From contig CAXFSR010000023.1 in the NCBI GenBank assembly GCA_964005815.1, positions 44,196 to 108,195 on the forward strand: DNA of 64,000 bases. The letters are read 5' to 3'. The DNA is from an uncultured Nitrospinaceae bacterium (GTDB taxonomy: Bacteria; UBA8248). This document shows, one piece after another, positions 49,997 to 62,325 of the stretch. The position numbers were made by a program, and so were the translations under genes. Position 1 is the first letter of the stretch, and each line of letters starts with the position of its first letter. The notes below the pieces were generated by a model. It was given only the letters and a program-made list of their open reading frames with translations. It made no database searches and had not been told where the DNA came from.

Positions 49997-50653
49997 ATGG
50001 AGTTTTCTAGATCCCTAGGACGTTTCTTTATGACAGATATAGTCAAAGGAATGTTCATCACTATTCGTCATTTGTTTAAAAAACCCGTTACACTTCAATA
50101 TCCTAATGAACGCTGGGAGCCACCGGAAAGATTTCGCGGTTTTCTTGGATTAACGCGTGATTTCAAAACAGGTGAGGAGAATTGTATAGGTTGTTTGAAC
50201 TGCGAAAAAGTTTGTCCGGTTGATTGTATTACTATTCTTACCGCAGGAAAAGGTCGCGAGATGTACGCGAAAGAGTTTTATATTGATTATATGAGATGCA
50301 TGTATTGTGGTTTATGCACAGAAGCTTGTCCTACGACACCTAAATCAATTGTACACACACATCAGTATGAGACTATCGGCTATGATAGGGACACCCTCGT
50401 TTTTGACAAAGATCATCTTTATGACGTTTGGGAGAAAGAGAATAATTACAACGGCCCACGCGCATGGGGAAAGTTTTTTGGCCTAAGAAAACTCGAAGAG
50501 GAGAGACGTCCTGTTTTAGAAATTGAATCTACTGAAGAAGAAACGGTTGCTGTTGCAGAAAGCGAAGAAAATAGTCCAGCGACAAATAAATTCCAAGCCC
50601 CGAATACGGTTGCGAAAACAAAAAGCGAATCTACTGAAAATCCTGAAGGATAA
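49997..50653 (+). CDS. nuoI: NADH-quinone oxidoreductase subunit I (orphan), with acidic C-terminal tail
   Basis: VTLQYP, RFRG, CIGCLNCEKVCP, RCMYCGLCTEACP. Confidence 0.88.
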   Translation: MEFSRSLGRFFMTDIVKGMFITIRHLFKKPVTLQYPNERWEPPERFRGFLGLTRDFKTGEENCIGCLNCEKVCPVDCITILTAGKGREMYAKEFYIDYMRCMYCGLCTEACPTTPKSIVHTHQYETIGYDRDTLVFDKDHLYDVWEKENNYNGPRAWGKFFGLRKLEEERRPVLEIESTEEETVAVAESEENSPATNKFQAPNTVAKTKSESTENPEG

Positions 50654-50657
50654 CAAT

Positions 50658-51842
50658 CTGACTTCTCCTCGACATAAATTATTTACTGTAAATTATGAAG
50701 ATATACGTTCCGGAAAAGTTACAGATGCGTATTTTGAACGCACTCACCGTATTCTCGAAACAAAAAAAATAAAAAAAAGAGTCCGTGCAGAATTTACCGC
50801 AAAGAATTTACCTTCTGGTTGGGGAATTTTTACAGGCCTTGAAGAAATTCTAGGTTTATTTGAAGGACTACCTATTAATATACGTTCTGTCCCTGAAGGA
50901 TCAGTTTTTAAACCTTTTCAGCCTGTCATGGAAATAGAAGGTTTTTATAATGATTTTGATCTTTTAGAAACCGCTGTTCTTGGTCTCATGTGTCAGTCAA
51001 GTGGAATAGCAACAAAATCAGCACGATGTAGGATTGCGGCAGGAAGTCTAAAATTACTCAGTTTTGGTGCAAGAAGAATGCATCCAGCAATTTCACCAAT
51101 GATAGAACGCTCTTCTTATATAGGAGGTTGTGATGGAGTAGCGCTTGTCAAGGGTGCAGAAGTTCTTCAGATCCCTCCGGTTGGAACAATGCCTCATTCC
51201 CTAGTTATTATAATGGGCAGTTTAACTTCTGCTCTAAAAGCTTTTGATGAAATTATCGAAAAAGATGTACCTAGAGTAGCAATTGTAGATACTTTTGGGG
51301 ATGAAAAATTTGAGGCTTTAGAAGCTGCAAATTGTTTGCATGATCGATTGGATGCGATACGAATTGATACACCAAGCTCAAGACGTGGAATTTTATCGGA
51401 AATTCTTACAGAGGTTCGTTGGGAGTTAAATCAAGCCGGATTTGAAAAGGTGAAGTTGTTTGTTAGTGGCGGGATTGATGAAGCAGAGATTCTTAATTTA
51501 AGAGAATATGTTGATGGTGGTTTTGGAATTGGGACATCAATTAGTTCTGCCTCCGTGGTTGATTATTCTATGGATATCATCGATATAGAGGGCAAGCCTG
51601 TTTCAAAAAAAGGCAAACTTTCTGGCGGGAAACATTTGTTAAGGTGTAATGATTGTTTTTCAGAGGAAGTTATTCCTATTGACAAGCCTTATGGTGACTG
51701 TGATCTCTGTGGAGGAGAAATGTCCCAACATCTTGCAAGTGTTATGGAAAATGGGGAAAAGGTAAAATCTTTGCCTAGTGCAAAGGAAATTCAAAATTAT
51801 GTGCTCTTACAAATTGATCGTTTTAGTCTTGACCTAAAATAG
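50658..51842 (+). CDS. pncB: Nicotinate phosphoribosyltransferase (short, archaeal-like type)
   Basis: TDAYFERT, SFGARRMHP, GTMPHSL, IRIDTPSSRRG, SGGID, GFGIGT, C-terminal CxxC pairs. Probable CTG start at 50658. Confidence 0.85.
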   Translation: MTSPRHKLFTVNYEDIRSGKVTDAYFERTHRILETKKIKKRVRAEFTAKNLPSGWGIFTGLEEILGLFEGLPINIRSVPEGSVFKPFQPVMEIEGFYNDFDLLETAVLGLMCQSSGIATKSARCRIAAGSLKLLSFGARRMHPAISPMIERSSYIGGCDGVALVKGAEVLQIPPVGTMPHSLVIIMGSLTSALKAFDEIIEKDVPRVAIVDTFGDEKFEALEAANCLHDRLDAIRIDTPSSRRGILSEILTEVRWELNQAGFEKVKLFVSGGIDEAEILNLREYVDGGFGIGTSISSASVVDYSMDIIDIEGKPVSKKGKLSGGKHLLRCNDCFSEEVIPIDKPYGDCDLCGGEMSQHLASVMENGEKVKSLPSAKEIQNYVLLQIDRFSLDLK

Positions 51843-52871
51843 ATGTTTAATCATTCAAATTTTTCTAAATCTGACGAATTTTCTGAGTTCAGAGAGTTTA
51901 TACAAAATCATCATCGATTTTTAATAGTTACTCATATGGGACCAGATGGTGATGGACTTCTATCCTGTCTTGCATTATCCCTTTATTTAAAAGAAAAAGG
52001 GCGTAATGCTATTGTTGTTACAGAAGATGAAATTCCTGATTTTGTGTCATTTTTTAACGTAGAAGAAATTATTTTATCTAGCAAAAAATTATTAACGAAA
52101 AATGAATGGAAAAATGATTTTGATTCGATTCTCGTTTTAGATGCCGGAAAATTATCTCGTTTGGGGAAATTAGAATCTCCTATTTTATCTAGTTCTCTGC
52201 CTATTGCTATTATGGATCATCATATCCCAGAAGATGACGATCCCGAATGCCCTAAAATAGTTGATGAAAATGCTTCGTCTGTTGGAGAACTTTTATCGGA
52301 TTTTCTTGAGGAAGAAAAATATGACTTTAAAAATTTAAAATTAGCAAGATTATTATATTCGGCTATTGTATATGATACAGGCCAATTTCGTTTTACAAAT
52401 ACGACATCAAAAACTTTAAACTGGGCAAAACGATTTGTTGAGTTAGGTGTTAATCCTGGCGAGGCGTATAGTATTTTTTGGGAATCTAACGGAATAGGTT
52501 CCGTGAAATTACTTGCAAAGCTGATGAGCGAATTAAAAATTTCATGTAACGAACGTCTTGCTTCTTTTAAACTTACTCAAAAAGATTTGAAAAAATTTAG
52601 AGTTAAAAAAGAAGAAACGGATGAGTTTATATCTATTCCAAGAGGTATAGATAGTGTTGAGGTAGTTGTTTTTTGTTCAGAACTTGAAAACGGAAAAATT
52701 CGTGTGAGTTTGAGATCAAAAGGGAAAGTAGAAATACATGAAGTTGCTATGAAGTTTGGTGGTGGAGGACACGCTTTCGCATCTGGAGTTCGCATGAGAG
52801 GCCCAATAGAAAAAGCAGAAGAAAAAATCTTGTCCGCACTTTCAGAAAAGATTAAAGAAACAATGGATTGA
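51843..52871 (+). CDS. DHH/DHHA1 phosphoesterase (NrnA-like)
   Basis: THMGPDGDG, VLD, DHH, DTGQF, SLRS, GGGGHAFASG. Confidence 0.92.
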   Translation: MFNHSNFSKSDEFSEFREFIQNHHRFLIVTHMGPDGDGLLSCLALSLYLKEKGRNAIVVTEDEIPDFVSFFNVEEIILSSKKLLTKNEWKNDFDSILVLDAGKLSRLGKLESPILSSSLPIAIMDHHIPEDDDPECPKIVDENASSVGELLSDFLEEEKYDFKNLKLARLLYSAIVYDTGQFRFTNTTSKTLNWAKRFVELGVNPGEAYSIFWESNGIGSVKLLAKLMSELKISCNERLASFKLTQKDLKKFRVKKEETDEFISIPRGIDSVEVVVFCSELENGKIRVSLRSKGKVEIHEVAMKFGGGGHAFASGVRMRGPIEKAEEKILSALSEKIKETMD

Positions 52872-52875
52872 TTTT

Positions 52876-53319
52876 TTAACTCGTTTTTTTTGCCAGATGT
52901 TCACCATATTTTCTCATTTCAGAATTCATTTTTTCTCCGTGAGGCAAGAAAGTAACTGAGACAAAAATATTTTCATCCCCGTCTATTTGCACTAAATTTC
53001 GAAAAAGTGGCTGATTATAGAAACCATTATTAGGTTCTGCATGACCTATTCTTTTAGTCGATTTCAAAAAATGGTAAGAGACAATGCCTCTCGGAGGGAC
53101 AAATCTTTTTCTTGATTCACCTTCATTAGTAAAGTCTGAAATTATTCCTCCAAATCCTTTACTATGACCATCGCCAAATATATAAGAGCCATTTTTTGAC
53201 TCGTCACAACCACAATAAGTAGCGAGTTTGACATACGGAAATTGTTCAATATCTTCTTCATTTTTTAAAATAACTTCATTAAGTCCACAAGCTGGGCAAA
53301 CAAAAGAATTGGCAGGCAT
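52876..53319 (-). CDS. Hypothetical protein with Cys motifs
   Basis: 147 aa, SD AGGA, CPAC and CGC. Confidence 0.6.
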   Translation of the reverse strand: MPANSFVCPACGLNEVILKNEEDIEQFPYVKLATYCGCDESKNGSYIFGDGHSKGFGGIISDFTNEGESRKRFVPPRGIVSYHFLKSTKRIGHAEPNNGFYNQPLFRNLVQIDGDENIFVSVTFLPHGEKMNSEMRKYGEHLAKKTS

Positions 53320-53432
53320 AATTTTTTCCTAAAATTATTTTTTTCAAAATTCAAAGTTTCTTAAAAACGGGAATATTTTGTCAAAATTAAATTTCGCATA
53401 CAAGTCATACATTTAGAATTATTTCTAAAAAT

Positions 53433-54209
53433 TTATTTACCTCTCCATTTAGGTGTTCTTTTTTCTAGAAAAGCATTTAAACCCTCTTCTTTATCTTCGG
53501 TTTCACAAAGTGCGCCTTGTGCAAACTTTTCTAATGCCAATCCAGCAGTCAAACTTCCTTCCATTCCAGAGTGAATCATAGCTTTCATGAATTGTGGAAC
53601 TAAAGGAGCATAAGAGGATATTTTCTCGCCCATTGTTATGGCGGTTTTTATTAGGTTGTCTGACTCTACTAATCTAGTTATCAAACCAATTTCTAATGCT
53701 TTTTTTGCATCTATGGTTTCTCCCATTAAAAGCATTTCCATTGCCCATCCCCTGCCTATAAGTCTCGGTAATCTTTGAGTGGCACCACCACCAGGGATAA
53801 TACCTATTTTGCCTTCGGGTGTAGCAAACTTTGATGAGGGTGTTGCAATTCTCAGATCGCAACCTAAAGCTACTTCTAGTCCACCACCCATACAAAAACC
53901 GTCTATTGCTGCTATTGATGGTTTGCTCAATTTTTCAAGTCTTGCGGCCACTCCTTGAACTAATGGTTCAAGAGCTTTTTTTAAATCCCGATCTTTCACT
54001 TCCCCTAGATCTGAGCCAGAAGCAAAAGCTCTTCCGCCTGCACCAGTTATAATAATTACCCTAAGAGAATCATCTTTTTCACTAATTTCCAAAACTTCAT
54101 GGAATTCATCTAAAGTTTTTAGAGAAATTGCGTTGTGCTTATCTGGCCTGTTAATTGTAATAATTGCGATTTTTTTGGAAGTTTCATATTTAAGATTTTC
54201 AAACTGCAT
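53433..54209 (-). CDS. Enoyl-CoA hydratase/isomerase family protein
   Basis: INRPDKHNA, AFASGSD, GGGLEVALGCD, PGGGATQRLPR. Confidence 0.92.
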   Translation of the reverse strand: MQFENLKYETSKKIAIITINRPDKHNAISLKTLDEFHEVLEISEKDDSLRVIIITGAGGRAFASGSDLGEVKDRDLKKALEPLVQGVAARLEKLSKPSIAAIDGFCMGGGLEVALGCDLRIATPSSKFATPEGKIGIIPGGGATQRLPRLIGRGWAMEMLLMGETIDAKKALEIGLITRLVESDNLIKTAITMGEKISSYAPLVPQFMKAMIHSGMEGSLTAGLALEKFAQGALCETEDKEEGLNAFLEKRTPKWRGK

Positions 54210-54246
54210 ATTCTTCCTTTCTTATAGTTAAACTCATGTTTTAAAA

Positions 54247-55260
54247 CTATCCTTCATTTTGCTTCACTATTGTATTTTTAAGAATACCTATACCTTCAAT
54301 TTCCAACTCAATAATATCTCCTGGTTTTATCCATTTATCCAAATCTGCACCGCATCCAGTTGCCACTGTTCCAGAACCAAACATTTCTCCAGGAATAAGT
54401 TCCTCTTCCATTGAGGCATATTCGATCATTTTTTCCCAGCTGTAAAAAGCGTTTCCAGAGTTTCCTCGACTCCATTCCTCGCCGTTTACTCTTGCGATCA
54501 TAATTGCATCTTTTGGGTCAAATTCATCTTTGGTTACAATGCATGGGCCAATTGCAGTGCCAAAATCTTTCCCTTTATGTGGCCCAAGCCAATTTTTCAT
54601 TTCGTTTATTTGAATATCTCTTGCACTAAAATCGTTTAAAACCGTGAAACCGAAAACATGATCCATGGCCTCGTTTTCTTTGATGTCTTTACCTTTTTTG
54701 CCAATAAACATTCCAAGCTCAAGCTCGTAATCAAGTTTGTCAGTGTAATATGGCCATTTTATACTTTCTTCTGGTCCGATGATAGAAAGCCTGTTTCCTT
54801 TGTAACAAGAAGGCAATTCGTACCATATAGGGTCTATTGTAGTGTTTCTTCTTTTTGCTCCAGCAGCTTTATGCCCCTCATGTATTAAAAAATCCCTAAA
54901 ACTTATAGGTTCTGGAACAGGCGCACATATACGTACTTCTTCTAATGGCCAAATTATTTGTTCCCCGTTTGGACCTTGACACGTTTTCCCAATAGTTCTT
55001 ATGTAATCCAGAGTTTCTCTTGCTGTCTCAAGCGAGGGCTCTCCTCCAGCGATGAAATCACACATCTTATGTGGAATACGGAAATTGGCATACTCAAGAT
55101 ATCTTGGTTCGTTTCCTTTCTCTTTTAATAGAGAAGCAAAAGATAAATTAAGATCTATTATAATCTCAGCTTGATTGAGCTGAGCAAGTAGACCAATACG
55201 AGAAATCCTCGATATTTTGGAATCTATTTCATACGTTATGAATTTCATTTTTTCCTCCAA
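54247..55260 (-). CDS. Fumarylacetoacetate hydrolase family protein
   Basis: LDYELE, LNDFSARDIQ, KGKDF, GPCIVT, GSGT, IEGIGIL. Confidence 0.9.
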   Translation of the reverse strand: MEEKMKFITYEIDSKISRISRIGLLAQLNQAEIIIDLNLSFASLLKEKGNEPRYLEYANFRIPHKMCDFIAGGEPSLETARETLDYIRTIGKTCQGPNGEQIIWPLEEVRICAPVPEPISFRDFLIHEGHKAAGAKRRNTTIDPIWYELPSCYKGNRLSIIGPEESIKWPYYTDKLDYELELGMFIGKKGKDIKENEAMDHVFGFTVLNDFSARDIQINEMKNWLGPHKGKDFGTAIGPCIVTKDEFDPKDAIMIARVNGEEWSRGNSGNAFYSWEKMIEYASMEEELIPGEMFGSGTVATGCGADLDKWIKPGDIIELEIEGIGILKNTIVKQNEG

Positions 55261-55404
55261 AGAAGCAAGACTTTTAGGCTAAAGTTTCAGCCGAACTGGA
55301 AGTGTTTTAATATTTAAAATCATTTTTTTATTATCATATAACATTCTGTTCTTTTGGTGGTAAATACAACTATCTGATTTTTTTATCTTCGTTTTCATAA
55401 GGGC

Positions 55405-55433
55405 TTGACTTATTTAATGTGGAAAGTTAGTTT
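55405..55433 (+). promoter_or_regulatory. Putative sigma70 promoter of the atp operon
   Basis: TTGACT-N17-TAGTTT. Confidence 0.45.
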
Positions 55434-55522
55434 GGCTTTTTTCTATAGTTAGTTTTTGTTTTATTTCTTATATTTTTGAATACGATTTTGCCGGTATTGT
55501 TTTTGTTTTTCAGGGAGTTTAG

Positions 55523-56110
55523 ATGAAATACATGTCTTTTTCTCGTTGTACTTTTAAGCTGTTTTTACTTCTTTTTTTCTCGTCTATTTTGCTAGTTTTA
55601 GCCTCGGATGCTTTTGCTGCTGGAGGAGAAGCGAATGCTGGCAGAGACTGGATTAGAAGTTTTAATATTGGCAAGGGAGCGCTAGTTTTAAATCCTATAA
55701 TTATTTTGATTCAATGGGCAAATTTTCTAGTTTTTTTGATCTTATTAAATATTATTCTTATTAAACCACTTAGAACACATATGCAGACCAGAGACTCTGA
55801 AATTGAGAACAATCTTTCGTCCTCTGAAAGAGATCAAAAAGAGGCAATGGGATATATTACTCAGTATGAAGACTCACTATCTGAAATAAGAAGAGAAAAT
55901 AATGAAAGGATAGTGTCCTTGCAACAACAAATCACAAATGAATCATTAAAAAAACAAGCTGAGATAAAAGAGAATGCTTCCAAAGATTTAGAGCAAGCAC
56001 GCACCAGAATATCTACTGAAGCGACAAAAGCTCGGACTGAATTAAAAGAAATGGCTAACGAACTTGCTGCCCAAATTGCAAATCGGTTGGCAGGAAGAAA
56101 TGTAGCTTAG
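55523..56110 (+). CDS. ATP synthase F0 subunit b' with signal-like N-terminus
   Basis: IQWANFLVFLILLNIILIKPL followed by a charged helical tail; first gene of the atp operon. Confidence 0.88.
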   Translation: MKYMSFSRCTFKLFLLLFFSSILLVLASDAFAAGGEANAGRDWIRSFNIGKGALVLNPIIILIQWANFLVFLILLNIILIKPLRTHMQTRDSEIENNLSSSERDQKEAMGYITQYEDSLSEIRRENNERIVSLQQQITNESLKKQAEIKENASKDLEQARTRISTEATKARTELKEMANELAAQIANRLAGRNVA

Positions 56111-56119
56111 GATTTTAAA

Positions 56120-56869
56120 ATGAAGATAAAAGAAAATGAAAGAAACTCTCCTTTTCAACAAGAAGCGAAGAATGAGTCTTTGCGTCAACAGAAAGAGTTC
56201 AAGGAAAATCTTTCAATAGACATAAAAAGCGTACGTGCAAAAATTGATGATAATGCCTTGAAAGCAAAAACAGATCTAAAAAAAATGGCATATAAGCTTT
56301 TGAATATTTTTAGCATTGGTCTTTTCTTTTTTCTTTGTTCTGTTGCATTTTCTGAAGCTGCAAGTGATGGGCATCATAAAGCTTTTAATCTCAACGAAGA
56401 AATATTTAAGTTCGTCAATACTTTAATAGTTGTTGGAATACTGTATAAGCTTCTTGCAAAACCTCTGAAGAATTTTTTTCATGAAAGAAGGGAAGGAATA
56501 CGTAAAGCACTCGAAGATTCAGAGAAAGCAAGAGTAGAAGCAGAAAAGCAACTAGAAGAACAACGTTCCAAAGTAGCAGATTTAGAAGCGGAACTTAATA
56601 ATGTTCGTGTAGAAGGTGAAAAAGAACTCGAGAAAATAAAAACTAGACTTGAAGAAGATTCAGAAACACAAGCAAAACGCCTTCTAGATCAAGCAAGTAA
56701 TGCGATAGAACTAGAGATGAATAAAGCTCTTTCTGAGATTCAGGATGAAGCTTCAAAAATTGCAGTGGATATAGCTGAAGATATTTTAAAAAAGAATTTA
56801 AAAGAAGATGATCAAGTTCGTCTTTCGAAACAATATTTAGATAACATTGCAAATACTAGTAGGAGATAA
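56120..56869 (+). CDS. atpF: ATP synthase F0 subunit b with an unusual N-terminal extension
   Basis: KFVNTLIVVGILYKLLAKPLKNFFHERREGI, DQVRL..QYL; N-terminal ~60 aa duplicate the b' tail. Confidence 0.9.
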   Translation: MKIKENERNSPFQQEAKNESLRQQKEFKENLSIDIKSVRAKIDDNALKAKTDLKKMAYKLLNIFSIGLFFFLCSVAFSEAASDGHHKAFNLNEEIFKFVNTLIVVGILYKLLAKPLKNFFHERREGIRKALEDSEKARVEAEKQLEEQRSKVADLEAELNNVRVEGEKELEKIKTRLEEDSETQAKRLLDQASNAIELEMNKALSEIQDEASKIAVDIAEDILKKNLKEDDQVRLSKQYLDNIANTSRR

Positions 56870-56871
56870 AA

Positions 56872-57414
56872 TTGGTAGGTGGAGAAAGTGCTAGACGTTA
56901 CGCGAGAGCTCTCGCTGATATAGCAGAAAGGCAAAATTCACTTGATGCAATAGGTGAGGAATTAAGTGTTTTTTCAAAGGCCTTTGAAGGTAGTAAAGAA
57001 CTTCAAGTTTTATTGAAAAATCCAAAATTTGCGAAAGACAAACAACTTGAAATGTTAGGCCGGGTCTTAGAATCTTCAGGAGCTACTGATTTAGTTAAAA
57101 ATTTCATTCGTGTTTTAATTGAAAATGACAGGATAAATGAGTTTCCTGCGATTTCTTCTAAATACCAAGAAATTTCAGATGAGAAAATAGGTCGTGTTAG
57201 AGCAGAACTTCGGTCGGCTATAGAACTTGACCCTGAAGTTTTAAAAAAGATTCACGAAAAATTAGCAGAAGTTGCTGGATGTGAAGTTCTTTTAAATGTT
57301 GTAACAGACAAGGAATTAATTGGCGGTGTTTCCTGCAAGATGGGTAGTGTTATCATGGATGGTAGTTTAAAAAGTCAATTAAGGAATCTTCGCCAAGAGC
57401 TAACACATAAGTAA
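56872..57414 (+). CDS. atpH: ATP synthase delta subunit
   Basis: ARRYARAL, NP, LIGG, DGSLKSQL. Confidence 0.95.
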   Translation: MVGGESARRYARALADIAERQNSLDAIGEELSVFSKAFEGSKELQVLLKNPKFAKDKQLEMLGRVLESSGATDLVKNFIRVLIENDRINEFPAISSKYQEISDEKIGRVRAELRSAIELDPEVLKKIHEKLAEVAGCEVLLNVVTDKELIGGVSCKMGSVIMDGSLKSQLRNLRQELTHK

Positions 57415-57455
57415 AAATCACATTATTTTTTTATGAAGGATTGAGGGGAAAATAA

Positions 57456-58994
<1,539 letters not shown>

Positions 58995-59003
58995 GGATTT
59001 TTA

Positions 59004-59888
59004 ATGGCTTCTACAAGAGATTTTAAACAGCGAATACGTAGCGTAAAGAATACTCAACAAATCACACGAGCTATGAAATTGGTAGCCGCTTCTAAAGTAA
59101 GACGTTGTCAGGAACGCATTGAAAATGCGAGACCTTATAGCGATAAAATATCCGAACTTGTCAACTCCTTGTCGTTACATGTAGATCAGGATGCCCATCC
59201 CCTTTTGAAAACTGATACTGATGACCAAAAGGCACTTTTAATTGTAATTTCTTCTGATAGAGGCTTGTGTGGTGGTTACAACACTAACCTTCTTCGAGAA
59301 GGGATGCAGTTTCTTCAAGAACGTGAGGCAGAGAATAAAGAAACTTTAATTACGGTAGTTGGAAATAAGGGACGTGAATTTCTTTCAAGAAGAAATTATA
59401 CTTTTAAAAATGAGTTTCCTGACGTTTATGGCCGAATAGACTTTTCATTAGCTGAAACTCTCAGTGATTTACTTGTACAAAGTTTTTTGGATAATGAAGT
59501 AGGTGAGGTATACCTACTAACAACAGAATTTAAATCGGTGATAAGTCAACAGCCTACAATTACAAGGTTATTGCCGCTTTCACCACCTGTTCCAGACGGA
59601 ATAAATGAAGAGGGTGAGCCTGTTGTATCGGATTATATTTTTGAGCCATCCTTGGAGGAGGTCTTAATAGATATTTTACCAAAGCATATTAATGCTCAGG
59701 TTTATCGTGCTCTTCTAGATGCAGAGGCGAGTGAGTTTGGTTCTAGAATGATCGCGATGGACAATGCTTCCAGGAATGCAGAAGAGATGATAGGAACGCT
59801 TACATTACAGATGAATCGTGTTCGTCAAGCTTCTATTACAACAGAATTACTTGAAGTCGTATCTGGCGCAGATGCGTTAGCTGGTTAA
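59004..59888 (+). CDS. atpG: ATP synthase gamma subunit
   Basis: ITRAMKLVAASK, SDRGLCG, RQASITTELLE. Confidence 0.98.
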   Translation: MASTRDFKQRIRSVKNTQQITRAMKLVAASKVRRCQERIENARPYSDKISELVNSLSLHVDQDAHPLLKTDTDDQKALLIVISSDRGLCGGYNTNLLREGMQFLQEREAENKETLITVVGNKGREFLSRRNYTFKNEFPDVYGRIDFSLAETLSDLLVQSFLDNEVGEVYLLTTEFKSVISQQPTITRLLPLSPPVPDGINEEGEPVVSDYIFEPSLEEVLIDILPKHINAQVYRALLDAEASEFGSRMIAMDNASRNAEEMIGTLTLQMNRVRQASITTELLEVVSGADALAG

Positions 59889-59914
59889 AGTTTTTAAAAA
59901 AATTAAAAAATTGA

Positions 59915-61363
<1,449 letters not shown>

Positions 61364-61365
61364 AA

Positions 61366-61803
61366 ATGGCAAATGGAAAAATACTATTAGATATTGTTAC
61401 ACCCGAAAAAAAATTAATGTCGGCAGAAGTAGATGAAGTTACAGCTCCTGGTTTTTACGGAGAATTTGGTATTTTGCCGGATCATACTACGTATCTTTGC
61501 CAGCTTGGTGTTGGTGTACTTACTTATAGAATGAACAGCGCAAGTTATTTTGTTTCTGTTATAAAAGGGTATGCTGAAGTAGGTATGAATAAGGTGACAA
61601 TTTTAGCTGAAGTTGCTGAGCGTGCAGAAGATGTCGATATAGAAAGAGCTGAAAAAGCACTAGAAAGAGCAAAAAATCGCATGTCTTCTGATAATGATGT
61701 TGCCACTGACAATGATTCTGTTTTTGACTTTGAACGTGCAGAACTTGCTCTAAAACGTGCATCTACAAGGATATCCGTTGCACATGAAAGTGGCTTGAAT
61801 TAA
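61366..61803 (+). CDS. atpC: ATP synthase epsilon subunit
   Basis: DIVTPE, GEFGILPDH, IDIERA-like DVDIERA. Confidence 0.96.
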   Translation: MANGKILLDIVTPEKKLMSAEVDEVTAPGFYGEFGILPDHTTYLCQLGVGVLTYRMNSASYFVSVIKGYAEVGMNKVTILAEVAERAEDVDIERAEKALERAKNRMSSDNDVATDNDSVFDFERAELALKRASTRISVAHESGLN

Positions 61804-61819
61804 TTACAGTTCGCTATCT

Positions 61820-62311
61820 ATGTTTATTCGTATTATTCCTTTCTCAAAAGAGAAGGACTTAAATATTATTCTTCAATTACTTTTTCTGCTTTTTTTTCTA
61901 TTTTTCACTCCACTTATAACGTTTTCTGCGGATGATCCCGCCCCTAAAACGCATAACACTTCTCAAAATTTTTATGAAAAAGGAAGAGATTTTGTTTCCA
62001 AGGGAAATTGGGTAAATGCAATTAAAAGTTTCAGACATGCAATTCAGCAAGATCAACAAGATCACAAAGCATATAATATGCTTGGGTATTCCTTAAGACA
62101 ATCTGGAAAAATTTCGGAAGCTATTAGAGCTTATGATCGCGCGCTTGATCTTAAGGCTAATTACGAAGAGGCGCTTGAGTACCGCGCTATAGCCTATGCC
62201 AAGCTTGGGAAAAAAGAGAAGGCGATGCAGGATTACAAAAAACTTCTTAGTATAAAATCTTCTTTTGCTGATGGGCTAAAAGAGAAAATCTATCGACATC
62301 TTCAAAGATAA
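61820..62311 (+). CDS. TPR-repeat protein with N-terminal hydrophobic/signal segment
   Basis: About 3 TPR units (AYNMLGY..., EALEYRAIAY...). Confidence 0.8.
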   Translation: MFIRIIPFSKEKDLNIILQLLFLLFFLFFTPLITFSADDPAPKTHNTSQNFYEKGRDFVSKGNWVNAIKSFRHAIQQDQQDHKAYNMLGYSLRQSGKISEAIRAYDRALDLKANYEEALEYRAIAYAKLGKKEKAMQDYKKLLSIKSSFADGLKEKIYRHLQR

Positions 62312-62325
62312 GATCTTTTTCAATT

